Assembly: GCA_038087875.1 (NCBI GenBank) | Contig: CM075992.1 | Coordinates: forward strand, 2,544,001-2,608,000 | Length of the DNA stretch: 64,000 bases | Source: Malacoraja senta | Taxonomy: Eukaryota | Direction of reading: 5' to 3' | Shown here: positions 51,386 through 63,680 of the stretch, piece by piece | Position numbering within the stretch: position 1 is the first letter of the stretch | Layout: each line of letters opens with the position of its first letter | Notes under the pieces: generated by a model | Database searches by the model: none | Told to the model about the DNA's origin: nothing | The model's input: only the letters and a program-made list of their open reading frames with translations | Position numbers and translations under genes: made by a program

Positions 51386-52224
51386 CTGCCAGAAAACATT
51401 TTTTTTTTTTTTTTAGTGTTCAGTTTGGAGACACAGCACGGCAAAAGACTCCTTGGGCCCATCAAGTCCCTGCCGACATCAATCACTCACTCATTCACGC
51501 TAAAGATAGACACAAAAAGCTGGAGTAACTCAGCGGGACAGGCAGCATCTCTGATAAGAAGGAATGGGTGACGTTTCCAGTCGAGAACCTTCTTCTCAAC
51601 CTGAAATGTCACCTATTCCTTCTCTCCAGAGATGCTGCCTGTCCCGCTGAGTTACTCCATCATTTTGTGTCTATCTCCGGTTTAAACCAGCATCTGTAGT
51701 TCCTTCCTACCCATTCACACTAGTCCGATGTTACCCCATTTCTGCCAGGACGCGAGGGCCTGAACGAAAGAGACAGGTTGGGCAGGCTAGAGGGCTAAGA
51801 GGTAATCTTTTAGAGGTGTTTAGTTTAGTTTAGTAAAACAGTGCAGAAACAGGCCCTTCGGCCCACCGAGTCTACTGACCAGTGATTTCTGCACATTAAT
51901 ACTATCCTACACACACCACTAGGGACAATTTACAATTTTTCCAAGCCAATTAATCTACAAACCTGTAAGTCTTTGGAATGTGGAAGGAAGCCAAATATCC
52001 CGGAGAAACCCCAGGCTGGTCACGGGGAGAACGTGCTAACTCTGTACAGACAGTACCCATAGTCAGGATTGAACCCGGGTCCCTGGCGCTGAAACTCTAC
52101 AGCTGCGCCACCGTGCTGCCCACTCTAAAATCATGTATAATATCATGAGAGGAATAGATAAGGTGAATGCACCGAGCCTGGGTATTGCTCTCTATCTAAG
52201 TTACCTTAGTTCTATCCGAGTTAC

Positions 52225-52388
52225 CTGTACAGATTCGGCCTTGTTGAGTAACTGCTGCGGGTGATAGAGGGCAAAGAGAGACAGATTAATGAAGGATCCT
52301 CCCAGAACTGTGTAGAGGTAGTAGGGAAACAGGCTGCTCTGCACCAGGCCGAATGTGTGCCTGCTGATAGTGTTAATCAGAACAAAAC
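52225..52388 (-). CDS. TMEM205: TMEM205 coding exon 2
   Basis: (G)FVLINTISRHTFGLVQSSLFPYY...VQ; 'RHTFGLVQS.LFP.Y' motif. Confidence 0.95.
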
Positions 52389-53295
52389 CTGCGGAGAGAA
52401 CATACACTCGTTCAATATCCTGAAACTCTAATTGTTTATTACAGATAAGGCATACTAATTCAGAATTGATGTTGAGTTGAGCGGTAGAGTTGCTGCCTTA
52501 CAGCGCCAAGGACCCAGGTTCGATCCTGACTACGGGTGCTCTCTGTATGGAGTTTGTACGTTCTCCCCGTAACCTGTGTGGGTTTTCTCCAGGTACTCCG
52601 CTTTCCTGCCAAGCTCCAATAGACAGACAGGTTTGTCGGCTAATTGGCTTGGTAAAATTATAAATTGTTATAAAGTGTAGGATAGTGCTGGTGTACGGGG
52701 ATCGCTGGTCGACACGGACCAATTACAGAAGCCAATTAACCTACAAACCTGCACGTCTTTGGAGTGTGGGAGGAAACCGGGGCACCCGGAGAAAACCCAC
52801 ACAGGTCACGGGGAGAACGTACAAACTCTGTACAGAATGCACCCGTAGTCAGGATCGAACACAGGTCTCTGGCGCTGTAAGGCAGCAACTCTACCGCTGC
52901 GCCACTGTGCTGCCCTTCTTATAAACGTTGAATGTTTGGGATATTCCTTTATCTTAAGTTCAATAGTGTAAATCTATTTAGAAAACCAATCTTGCAGCTA
53001 TATAATTGTCGATAATAAATAGTGGATCTAAGGTTTAAAGGTTCTGGCGTCTAAACGTTATTGCTATATCCTGTATCTGTACACTAAATGGCTGGACTGT
53101 AATCATGCATTGTCTTTCTGCTGACTGGTTAGCACGCAACAAAAAGATTTTCACTGTACCTCGGTACACGTGACAATAAACTAAACTGAACTGAACTAAA
53201 GTGAATGAAAAGAAAAATGAAAAGGTTAAAAACACACTGTTTGAAAATTGTGCCCTAATACACTCAGCAGTGCTGATTCTTTTCCCTGACCTTAC

Positions 53296-53395
53296 CTGAG
53301 ACAAACGACATCCATATCTGCATGCCCCATGTTGTGGACAGTATGATCAGGTGGGTGGCTTTGACCAGGCTAGTAGGATCTCCTTCTGTTGGCAT
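53296..53395 (-). CDS. TMEM205: TMEM205 coding exon 1
   Basis: MPTEGDPTSLVKATHLIILSTTWGMQIWMSFVS(G); 'WGMQ.W' motif; total CDS 567 nt = 188 aa. Confidence 0.95.
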
Positions 53396-54015
53396 TCTGC
53401 AGGCTGGTTAGACCCTGTTTTATTGCAATGAAAATGAATGCAACAGTGAATTTCCCATCTCCAGCATCTTCCCCTCCCAATACAGGGCCCAGTGGATTGG
53501 ATTGTGCAGAGGATGAAACAAAGTTAGTGTAAAAATGGCCGCTTGCTGGTCAGCGTGGACTTGGTCGGCGGATGGACCTGTTTCTGTGCTATATCTGTGT
53601 TGTATCCTCCTCCACCATCACCCCTGGCAACGCGTTCCAGGTACTCACCACACTCTGTGCAAAAGACTTGTCCTGCTAATTTCATTTGAACATTGCCCCT
53701 TTCTCCTTGAAGCCATGCCATCTAGTCTATGACATTTCCACCCTGGGTTGCCACCTCATAATTTGATATACTTAGTTAACCTTTGTATTCCAGAGAAAAT
53801 AATTTCTGTCCCTTGCCCAAACTTGCAGCTAATACCCTACAATCCAGGCAGCATTCCGGTAAACCTCATCAGCAACCTCTCCAAAGCCTCCACATTCTAG
53901 CTGTAACGGGGTTACCAGACCCCCACACAATACTACAAATACAGCCTCACCAAAGGCTGTAACATTTCTCCGCTGGTTTTCCTGTAGCTTCTATCTGTGG
54001 TGCCACACAATTTAC

Positions 54016-54114
54016 CTGCTGGAGAATCTGCCTGTCCGTGCCGAATGGATTCCTCTCCTCACGCCCCTGTGTACTCTTCCCAACGCAGTCCCCGTCCAGC
54101 TGACAACGTTCAAA
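54016..54114 (-). other. TMEM205: Candidate TMEM205 5'UTR exon
   Basis: ttgtttgccttcag acceptor and CAG|gtaaa donor around 99 nt of ATG-free, non-repeat sequence. Confidence 0.45.
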
Positions 54115-55489
54115 CTGAAGGCAAACAAGCTGTAATCTCCATTGCAAATATGGCTGAGAGGCACAGATAACAACGTTCTGAGCACATTAAACAAAAATTC
54201 TCAATTTCATCGCTTGAGACACTGGCTCGTTAAACGGTCTCCCCCATCCCCGGATATCGTCAATATAATGTCAAGCAATAATTCTTGTGAGAAATGCCAT
54301 GAGTGTGACAACAATAACTGATCAAAGGCAGCTGGAGACTCTGCTCACTTGAACTACTATCGATTATTGACAATGGAGTTGACACACACCACGTTAGTAA
54401 CACTGGTGATTTTGGGTTCAGATTACAGTTCTAGAAACTACTGTAGACAACATTAAAAAAAGGCCCAGTAATACCTTCAATACATCTTGGCCAGCTTATA
54501 AACTTCAGCACATTGTTCACCATTTCCTCTGAAGATAGACACGAAAAGCTGGAGTAACAGCGGGTCAGGCAGCATCTCTGGAGAAAAGGAATAGGTGATG
54601 TCTCGGGTTGAGACCCTTCAGTCTGTCTTATTACAATCTATTTGCCTATAACTAGTTGTTTTTTGATGAATAGTCAATAAATTCAATAACTCTGAAGAAG
54701 GTTCTCGACCCGAAACGTCACCCGTTCCTTCTCTCCAGAGATACTGCCTGTCCTGCTGAGTTACTCCAGTATTTTGTGTCTATCTTCACCTCTTCGGTGT
54801 AAACCAGCATCTGCAGTTCTTTCCTACACATTCAATGATACATTATTGTCACAGGTACAGTGAAATCCTTTGTCATCGCATACAATCTGGTAAAATCATA
54901 CAGCAGACGTCACCTCGGTGGTACACAAAGGGCTTTGATCTGTCGTTTTCACACCTTACCCATCCATATCTCTAGTCTCCCTCTGCCCTGACTCTGTCTG
55001 AAGAAGAGTCTCGTCCTGAAACGTCACCCATTCCTTTTTTTCTCCAGAGATGCTCATGTGATAGGAGCTGAATTAGGCCATTCGGCCCATCAAGTCTATT
55101 CCGCCATTCAATCGCGGCTGATCAATCTCTCCCTCCTCCTAGCCCCCATTCTCCTGCCTACTCCCGTAACCCCCGACACCCTTTGTTGCGTCTATTTCCG
55201 GAAGTGGAAATGATAGGATTGTTCCCCCACCCCACCATTGGAGGGGGGTGGGGCTAGCATGGAGCTGTCGGGCCGAACAGCCTTTTACGGGGGTTGGCCC
55301 TGTCAAAGCAGTGCTTCCCCTTTAAAGTAGACATTACTTGTCTACTTAGTGAAGCAAGAGGATTAAACTGAGGATGGGAGGTGGATTTGAGAGGATTAAA
55401 TTGAAGAAAGGGGGGTGGATTTGCTGCACATGGAGCCACGCAGTGCTGTGGGGCCCAGTCGGCCGTTCAGCCGCTCTAGCTGCTGCTAT

Positions 55490-55650
55490 CACTCACCTAC
55501 CCCGGCGCGCAGGCCCGCTCTGCTCCCGCCGCCGCTGACGGACAGGCCCGCCGACCAATCAGGTCGAGGGATGACGCGAGTTCCCGCGGGCTGCGCCAAT
55601 CAGAGGCCGGAGGGCGGGGCCCGCGGTGATCCCGGCCCCGGGCTGAGTGA
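55490..55650. promoter_or_regulatory. CpG-rich bidirectional promoter for TMEM205 (-) and CCDC159 (+)
   Basis: CCAATCAG at 55555 and 55596, GC box GGGCGGGGC at 55612-55620; minus-strand donor |gtgagt at 55491-55496 and plus-strand donor CAG|gtaag at 55795. Confidence 0.75.
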
Positions 55651-57035
55651 CAGGTTGATGTTGCAAAAGCTGATGTGTAACAAAAGGGGCGGCAGCAACG
55701 TCAGGCGCCTGTGTTCAGTCATACAACCTGAAGCCTGGTGGTGTGTGTGTGTGCGTCTGTGTGTTTGTGTGTGTGTGTGTATATGGTTAATACAGGTAAG
55801 TACAATTTTAGATCCTGAATTACAAGGCGTTGCAAGGCAGCAATTTATAATCCTAAATTTATAATTTAGATCCTAAATTATATTCGTACAAAATCATGAG
55901 TGGGATAGATCGGGTAGATGACCGATGCATCTCTTGCTCAGAGTAGGGGAATCGAGGACCAGAGGAAGTAGTTTCAAGGTGAAGGGGAAAAGATTTAATA
56001 GGAATCTGAAGGGTAACTTTTTCACACAAAGCGTGGTAGGTGTATGGAACAAGCTGCCAGAGGAGGGAGTGGAGGCTGGGACTATCCCAACATTTAAGTA
56101 ACAGGTAAGTACGTGGATAGGACAAGTTTGAATCGATATGGACCAACCGCAGGCAGGTGGGACTAGTGTAGATGGGCATGTTGGCCTGTGTGGGCAAGTT
56201 GGGCCGATGGGCCTGTTTCCACACTGTATCACTCTGTATGACTATAAATTATATGTTAGAACAAGGGTGGAAAGATTTTTGCAATAAACAAGTTTTTTGC
56301 ATCTTTCATTCATTGATCTATATCACTCTTCATCATCGTCTATATCTCTTGTTTCCCTTTCCTGTGATTTTGAGTCTGAAGAAGGGTCTCGATCCGAAAC
56401 GTTACCCATTCCTCTCCAGCGATGTTGCCTGTCCTGCTAAGTTACTCCAGCATTTTGTGTCTAAAATTATTACAGGGCACAGGTGTATGATGCAGAACTC
56501 CAGTACTGCACTGGAAATGTTGTTTTAGATTATTATAGCGAAACAATGTGGGAACAGGCCCTTCGGCCCAACGCCCACACTGGCCAGCATGTCCCATCTA
56601 CACTAGTCCCACCTACCTGCGTTTGGTCCATATCTCTCTAAACCTGTCCTATCCATGTACATGTTTAAATGTTTCTTAAACATTGCGATAGTCCCTGCCT
56701 CAACAATCTCCGGTAACCATCTAGGAAGACATTTCAATCCACATTGCAAGGAGGACCAGTTCACAGGATTGTTAAAAAACCCTCAATCCGATGCTGTGAA
56801 GACTAATTTATCAAAGTTTGGATGTTTCTGCACTAAGATGTACAGAAGTTTAGAAGTAATAATACTGGGACTAGCAATCCAGAAACCTGGACTAATGGCA
56901 GAGGGCACTAATATCAAATTGTTTGTCAGCAGCTGGGGAACGTAAAGAAATATATTGGGAAATCATTTTTAAAAATCCACCCATTTCACTCATGTTTTTT
57001 GGGAGAGGAAATAAGACCATAAGACCGAGGAGCGT

Positions 57036-57306
57036 CACGGTGGCGCAGCGGTAGAGTTGCTGTCTTGCAGCGCCAGAGACCCAGGCTCGATCCTGACTAC
57101 ATGTGCTGTCTGTACGTTCTCCCCGTGATTGCGTGGGTTTTCTCTGGGTGCTCCGGTTTCCTCCCACACTCCAAAGACATGCAGGTTTGTCGGCCAATTG
57201 GCTTTGGTAAAAATTGTAAATTGTCCCAAGTGTGTAGGATAGTATTAGTGTGCGGGGATCGATGGTCGGCATAGAATCGGTGGGCCGAAGGGCCTGTTTC
57301 CACACT
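57036..57306 (+). mobile_element. V-SINE (HE1-like); other plus copies at about 5980-6230, 17799-18266, 24883-25106, 42354-42742, 49786-50083, 52480-52720
   Basis: Same head, V-domain and tail. Confidence 0.8.
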
Positions 57307-57698
57307 GCTTCTGTAAAAAAATCTAGATGAAACTAAAAAGCCGAACGAGTCCCCTCCGCTATTCAATCCTGGCTGATTTATTTTTTCTGCTCAATCTCAT
57401 TCTCATACCTTCTCGCCATCACTTTTTGACATTGTTCCTAATGAAGAAAATCTGCCATCCTTATTTGTATCTGATTACAGATCCACACAGTTGACTCTGC
57501 TGCCTTGCGAAATAGCCTCGCCACTCAGTGAAAGGCCAACTAGGGATGGCAATAAATGCTGGCGTGGGCAGTGATGTACTTTTAAATTAGTGTGATTGCT
57601 TGAAAGCACCAGTCAGCAGCAGTGTGTGGAGTTGCCTGTGGCGGGGAAAGATTTAATGGATCTTTGTGCTTTGTTTTGCAGTTTAATAAATTGGAAAG

Positions 57699-57758
57699 AT
57701 GAATACCGATATTTCTCTCATGTCTCGGATAGTCTCCGACACTGATGGGGATACAATG
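57699..57758 (+). CDS. CCDC159: CCDC159 probable first coding segment
   Basis: Exon starts 57682 after ttttgcag; ATG 57699 gives MNTDISLMSRIVSDTDGDTM|gtaggt; start codon and donor uncertain. Confidence 0.5.
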
Positions 57759-59171
57759 GTAGGTAACGTGCTTACATCCACATGTCCATCGTGTGGGAGA
57801 GAAACAGAATTACAAGCTTAGCTCCATGGCTTTTTCATAGAAGGGTCTCGACCCGAAACGTCACCCATTCCTTCTCTCCAGAGATGCTGCCTGTCCCGCT
57901 GAGTTACTCCAGCATTTTGTGCCTATCTTGGGTTTTCATCAAAACTAGGTTCTGATGAAGGGAATAAAAACAAAACACTGGGAGATCCCCAGCGGATCAG
58001 TCAGCTGAGTTACTCCAGTCACTTCTGGGGGGGGTGGGAGGTGCTTCTGTCATACCTGTGCTTTCCCAGACACGAGCGGCTTATCTGGGGGTGGTTTTGA
58101 TCCAAATGGAGCCGCAGTGCTGGAAATACATGCGGCCGTCAATGGTGGAGCCCTGGCCGCAACATGCTGGAGTAACTCGGCAGGACAGGCTGCATCTCTG
58201 GAGAGAAGGAATGGGTGACGCTTCGGGTCGAGTCCCTTCTTCAGACATTTTACCCAGTGTCTCCTGGTAGAGCAACACTCTATTAACCTACAGTGCACTG
58301 ACTCCAAGGGATGTATATCTAAAACTCCTGATCTACCGAGTTGAACAACAGCACAAGTTACTTGGCAAATAGGAAGAACATCATGAGACGAATGTACAAA
58401 ATGTACAGTGTGATCAGGTACAAAATCTGGAGAGGAATAGATCGGGTAGGTGTGCACTCTTGCCCAGAGTAGGGGAATCAATAACCGGATGACATAGGTT
58501 TAAGGTGATGGGAGAAAGATTTTGTAGGAACCTGAGGGGTAATATTTTCCACACAAAGGCTGGGGAAGTAGTGAAGCAGGTACTATCACAATGTTTAAGA
58601 AACATTTGGACATGGATGGGACAGGTTTAGAGGGATATGGGCGAAATGCAGGCAGGTGGGACTAGTGTAGATGGGATATGTTGGCCAGTGTGAGCAAGTT
58701 GGGCGGAAGGGCCTGTTTCTACACTGTAAGACTATAACATTGGTGTAAAGGGATCAAGCGATCATTGCTAACTGATTGCGCCAGGCTTTGTGGGGAGAAC
58801 TCCAGTCTAGTGTAAGGCTGCAAGGCCACAAATAGGCCCTGACCTCGGGTGGTCACAGAGGAAGAGGACTAAACTTTCTGGTGCCTTTCCCCAAAGTGGA
58901 AAATTTTGATTCTGTTGTGGGGAGACGTTTATGTTGAACTCTATAATGTGTTGTGGCAATTTTTCTTTTTTTAATCTTTTTCTATGGATGTACGGAAACT
59001 TATTATTTATTTTATGTAAAGCACTTTGGTTTCAACGCGAGTTAATTTAAAACGTGCCATATAAATAAAACTTACTTACTTACTAGTGCAGACAATGGGG
59101 AAGGTTGCAGTCAATCACAAGCTCTCCTGCAAGTTGGTTTGAGTCACTGATATTATTTTGTTCCCTTGCAG

Positions 59172-59205
59172 CAGACGTTGAAGTTTGGCGGTTGTCACCA
59201 GAAAG
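59172..59205 (+). CDS. CCDC159: CCDC159 small exon (34 nt)
   Basis: ttcccttgcag|...AAAG|gtggg; QTLKFGGCHQK(G). Confidence 0.5.
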
Positions 59206-59285
59206 GTGGGGACACGTTAATATTTAAACTCAAAACATCCAGTTCACTAGCACTGATTAACAAACAGACATCACTTGATCAGCAG

Positions 59286-59422
59286 GTCTGACGAACCTCT
59301 CCTGTGTTGCATTTAACAAGGTGCGGAGCTTCAGTGACACCCATGCAGGATCTTCGCCCGACAGCAAGCACGTGATAGACGAGCTCGAGGTCATCAAGTT
59401 CCACATTGAAGTCCAAACCCGA
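59286..59422 (+). CDS. CCDC159: CCDC159 coding exon (5' boundary uncertain: 59286, 59321 or 59335)
   Basis: ...SSPDSKHVIDELEVIKFHIEVQTR|gtatgg resembles recalled CCDC159 'PDSQKLLRCELESLKSQLQAQTK'. Confidence 0.7.
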
Positions 59423-60404
59423 GTATGGCTCAGGCACAGTTTTACTTCTGTGATTTCTTCAGTTATTCTCTCTCCCATTGCAATCTGAAGCTAAAATAAA
59501 GAGGACATGCTTTCAAGAGAGAGCCAGATAGGGCTCTTAAAAATAGCGGAGTCAGGGGATATGGGGAGAAGGCAGGAACGGGGTACTGATTGGGGATGAT
59601 CAGCCATGATCACATTGAATGGCGGTGCTGGCTCGAAGGGCCAAATGGCCTACTCCTGCACCTATTGTCTATTGACATGCTGGAAATGCTCAGCAGTTCG
59701 GACAGCGTGGGTGGGGTGAGAAACATTCTGATTAGCCTTCATCACAACTGGGAATACGTAGAAAGTACATGCTGGAGTAACTCAGCGGGACAGGCAGCAG
59801 CATCTCTGGAGAGAAGGAATGGGTGACATTTCGTGTCGAGACCCTTCTCCAGACTGATGGAGATGCTGCCTGCACTGCTGAGATACTCCAGCATTTTGTG
59901 TCTATCTTCGGTTTAAACCAGCATCTGCAGTTCCTTCCTACATATTTCTTCCTGGGACATATAGAACATATAAGCTGGGACATACAAGCCATTTCCTTGT
60001 GTTGCTAAGAATAGCAACAACAAATGAAAGAATGTGTAAGAAAGAACTGCAGATGCTGGTTTAAATCGAAGGTAGACACAAAATGCTGGAGTAACTCAGT
60101 GGGTGAGGCAGCACCTCTGGAGAGAAGGAATGGGCGACGATTCGGGTTGAGACCCTTCTCAACATCTGAAAGAAGATACTTGCTGCAATCTTTCAGCATC
60201 TGTGCCAGTGTTATTTGATATCACCTAAGCGCACATCAACCATCTGCTCCACGTCGACATCATCCTCCGCTAACATTGTGTGATGTGCTCTGTCACATTT
60301 GTCCATGTGCCACGTGTAATTGTGATAGAAATGGTAGTGTGTTGTAATTGGAATTGGTGCCACTCTGTACCTGCTCCTGTCCTCACACTTCATTTAATTC
60401 CTAG

Positions 60405-60486
60405 ACCATTGAATCCTTGAATCAGACCGTGAGCCTCTTGGCGAAGGAACGAAGCCACCATCAGCAGCAGATCCGACTACTAGAGG
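60405..60486 (+). CDS. CCDC159: CCDC159 coding exon
   Basis: TIESLNQTVSLLAKERSHHQQQIRLLE; coiled-coil, like 'AFEFLNHSVTMLEKE...QQIKIQQLE'. Confidence 0.82.
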
Positions 60487-60815
60487 GTAGGTATGGGGGG
60501 GGGGGGGGGGGGGGGGAAGGGTCTCTCGGGAATGTTTGTGCTGCAGGCGGGGTGGGTGGGAGCAACTCCAGTGGGCGACAGAAGCAGGGATGGTGCTCTA
60601 TTAGATGCATGAGATGGTCCGGTACATTGCCTGGTAATCCGCTCCTGTTTCATTCCACATCCCAATCCACATCAGCTGCTGTCAGGCAGCTGAACCATCC
60701 TACCAACAGAGAGCAGTCCTGAGTTACCATCTACCTCATTGGTGACCCTCAGACCATCTTTGATCAGACTTTACCTTGCACTAAACATTATTCCCATTAT
60801 CATGGATCTGTACAC

Positions 60816-61166
60816 CAAAGATCCTATAGCGGAGCAAGATAGACCACTACTGCTAAATGCAATGGGCTGACGTGTAGTACGCAACGGAGCGGAACGTGGG
60901 CCTTTTTTTCATCCATTTCCGTAACCCGACCCGCAGTGTAATCAACGTTGCCGGGGGAACAGTTTGTGTTAATAAATTAAAAATCTGAAAATGAGAAGAT
61001 TTTTACCAAATAACTTTTATTTTTACAAGGATGTTTCCGTAACTAGTATCCTATGGGATCTTTGGTGCGGAGACGGAAGCCGGTTACGGAAATGGGGCAG
61101 AAAATTACCCATGAATCTGCCCATGACCGTACTACGTCTTTTATCTTGCTCGCTATAGGATTTTTG
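60816..61166. mobile_element. hAT-type MITE
   Basis: TIR caaagatcctatagcg...; 8-bp TSD ctgtacac. Confidence 0.82.
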
Positions 61167-61460
61167 CTGTACACTGTGGATGGCTCGATTGTAATCACGT
61201 ATTGTCTTTCCGCTGCCTGGTTAGCACGCAGCTTTTCACTGTACCTCGGGACACGTGACAATAAATTAAACAATAAACCTTCCCGTTCACTGAATAGGGA
61301 CAAATTTCATGCCAAGTTTACATTGTTATAATGCACCCTAACCTAAGCACTTACCCAGAGGACAACCTTGAGATCCCTCCTAGAAACCAACTCCCTTTTG
61401 GCACGGACAGGCAGCGTGGCTGCTCCCACCTCACCGGTGAACCCTTTGTTCCTTTCGCAG

Positions 61461-61665
61461 CGGAGGTGAGGAGACTGGGCATGTGCAGCAACATCGAAGA
61501 GGACAGGATTAACCTAATGATAGACAGAAAGATTGAAGACTGGAAGAAGGAGCTGTGCTCGAACCCGACCAATTCACAAGACCCGATCCAACAAGCAGAA
61601 AAACAGGGGCAATCAATGGATACCAACAGCCATACTGAAGAACTTGCGACAGAAATACACGAGAG
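61461..61665 (+). CDS. CCDC159: CCDC159 coding exon
   Basis: cgcag|...AG|gtgag; EVRRLGMC...EELATEIHE; phase 1 to 2. Confidence 0.8.
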
Positions 61666-62618
61666 GTGAGCCAGGCTAAAACAGAGGCTCTCTGACAAAC
61701 TAGATTTACTATTCTTATCAGAGCTCAGTGGGATTTAAGCCCTTTTGTGCCAAAATCCATTAGGGCACCTCCAATTCAGATAGAATACAGTGGGGGCACA
61801 AAAGCTTTTCGCTGTACCTTGGTACACGTGACAATAAACTAAATTGAACTGATTAATGGGAAAGAATCCAGCCACATCTCTGGGCGTTGGACAAGAAGTG
61901 TAATTTAGGTGATCGTAGACTCTATGCCCTCCCCCAGTTAAACCACTCACAATCAGGCACGGATTAGGTTTACCGTTAGTAATGGGTCCATTCTGGTGCC
62001 TGTAGAACCATAACCAAGTCCAATAGCATCGATTCCAGCACCATTTAGTTGCAGTGAAGCCCAGGCCAACAACTAATTAACTCCAACTCAACATTAGAAT
62101 CAGATGTGTGGTGACCTGACAATACTGTAACATTAGAACCACCCAGGAAGTCTAGCTTTGATTCTGTATGTATTTGCATTCAGACCTTTCCAGGTAGTTT
62201 CAGAGCAGAAGTCATTTCCTTTACATACAAGATAATGATCGGATAGGGGGCTTTTTCTTGCTCTAGATTTTAGTTTCAGAACTTGTCCCGTACATGCTGA
62301 GGTGAGAATTACAATTAAAACACAAAGTACTTGTGTTATAACACCAAAATAAGCGCTCAACCAAGAAAACCAAGCCCAAAACCCAAGTCGTTTTTGCACT
62401 GATTATACACACACGTGTGCTAAGGACAATAACTAACTCCATATGCAATAATCAGCTACCTACATGTTAGCAAGAAAATTAAAAAAACGATGCAAGTATA
62501 TCATTGGGGTTAGACACAAAAAACTGGAGTAACTCAGTGGGACAGGCAGCAGGAAAGAAGGAATGGGTGACGTCTGGAGAGAAGGAATGGGTGACGTCTT
62601 GGGTCGAGACACTTCAAG

Positions 62619-63016
62619 CAAAGATCCTATAGCGGATCAAGATAGACCACTCCTGCTAAATGCAATGGGCTGACGTGTAGTATGCAACGGAGCGGAACGT
62701 GGGCCTTTTTTTCATCCATTTCAGTAACCCAACCCGACTCGCAGTGTAATCAACGTTGCGGGGGGAACAGTTTGTGTTAATAAACTATAATTCTGAAAAT
62801 GAGAAGATTTTTACCAAAGAACTTTTTTTTTATGAGGATGTTTCCGTAACCGGCTTCCGTCTCCGCACTAGTATCTTTGCTCCGCTATGGGATCTTTGGT
62901 GCGGAGACGGAAGCCGGTTACGGAAATGGGGCTGAAAATTACCCCATGAATCTGCCCATGACCGTTACTACGTCTTTTTCGTCGAGTGGGGCGATTTGCT
63001 TGCTATAGAATCTTTG
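62619..63016. mobile_element. hAT-type MITE (same family as 60816)
   Basis: Same TIRs; 8-bp TSD acttcaag. Confidence 0.82.
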
Positions 63017-63680
63017 ACTTCAAGTGGGCACCTTCCTTCACTGGTGTTTCATTGAGTTAGGTCCAGCACCTTGGGAAGGCTCAACAATTAGTTCCTGTGT
63101 CCAGAACCACCCCCCTCAATACCTGCCCTCACCACCTATGCTACTAGTATCGACTCAATGGAGGAAACGACAGATGATTAATTCACTTCAAACAAACAGA
63201 TGGGTTGTCAAAGGAGCCCACTCAAGCTGACAAGCCCACTGCGTACCCATTTGGAGAAACGACAAGCAAAATAACAATCAGATGTTTAGTCCTAATTCGA
63301 CCAGAGGTATTCAAGAGAAAAATGTCACCAGAATAATCTGATGGGGAAACACAAAGGAGGGCATCTTAGCCACAGTAGACAAAATTGCTGGAGAAACTCA
63401 GTGGGTGAGGCAGCATCTATGGAGCGAAGGAAATAGGCAACGTTTCGGGCAGAAACCCTTCTTCAGTCCGGTTTGAAGAAGGGTTTCGGCCCAAAACGTT
63501 GCCTATTTCCTTCGCTCCATAGATGCTGCCGTATCCGCTGAGTTTCTCCAGCAATTTAGTCTACCTTCGATTTTCCAGCATCTGCAGTTCCTTCTTGAAC
63601 ATCTTATCCACATGTTGATTGTAAGTTACTGTCTGTGATATCACAATCAGTGAGTTAACCCAGTTCTCTGCCTCTTGCAG

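Noticed and set aside
54029..54043. 15-nt inverted match (ggcacggacaggcag) to about 61400-61414
   Set aside because: Too short and does not extend; compatible with chance
55415..55864. 149-aa ORF across the CpG-rich promoter
   Set aside because: Non-ATG start, crosses a (GT)n repeat and a splice donor; no recognisable homology
57036..57110. tRNA-like sequences with A/B boxes (several copies)
   Set aside because: SINE heads continuing into V-domain and tail; no complete cloverleaf
58258..58360. Possible extra CCDC159 exon
   Set aside because: No convincing donor or homology; acceptor context is repeat-adjacent
330..63600. Recurring palindromic ~30-bp repeats resembling CRISPR repeats or terminators
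   Set aside because: Eukaryotic intronic context; dispersed with TSDs; no regular spacers and no cas genes
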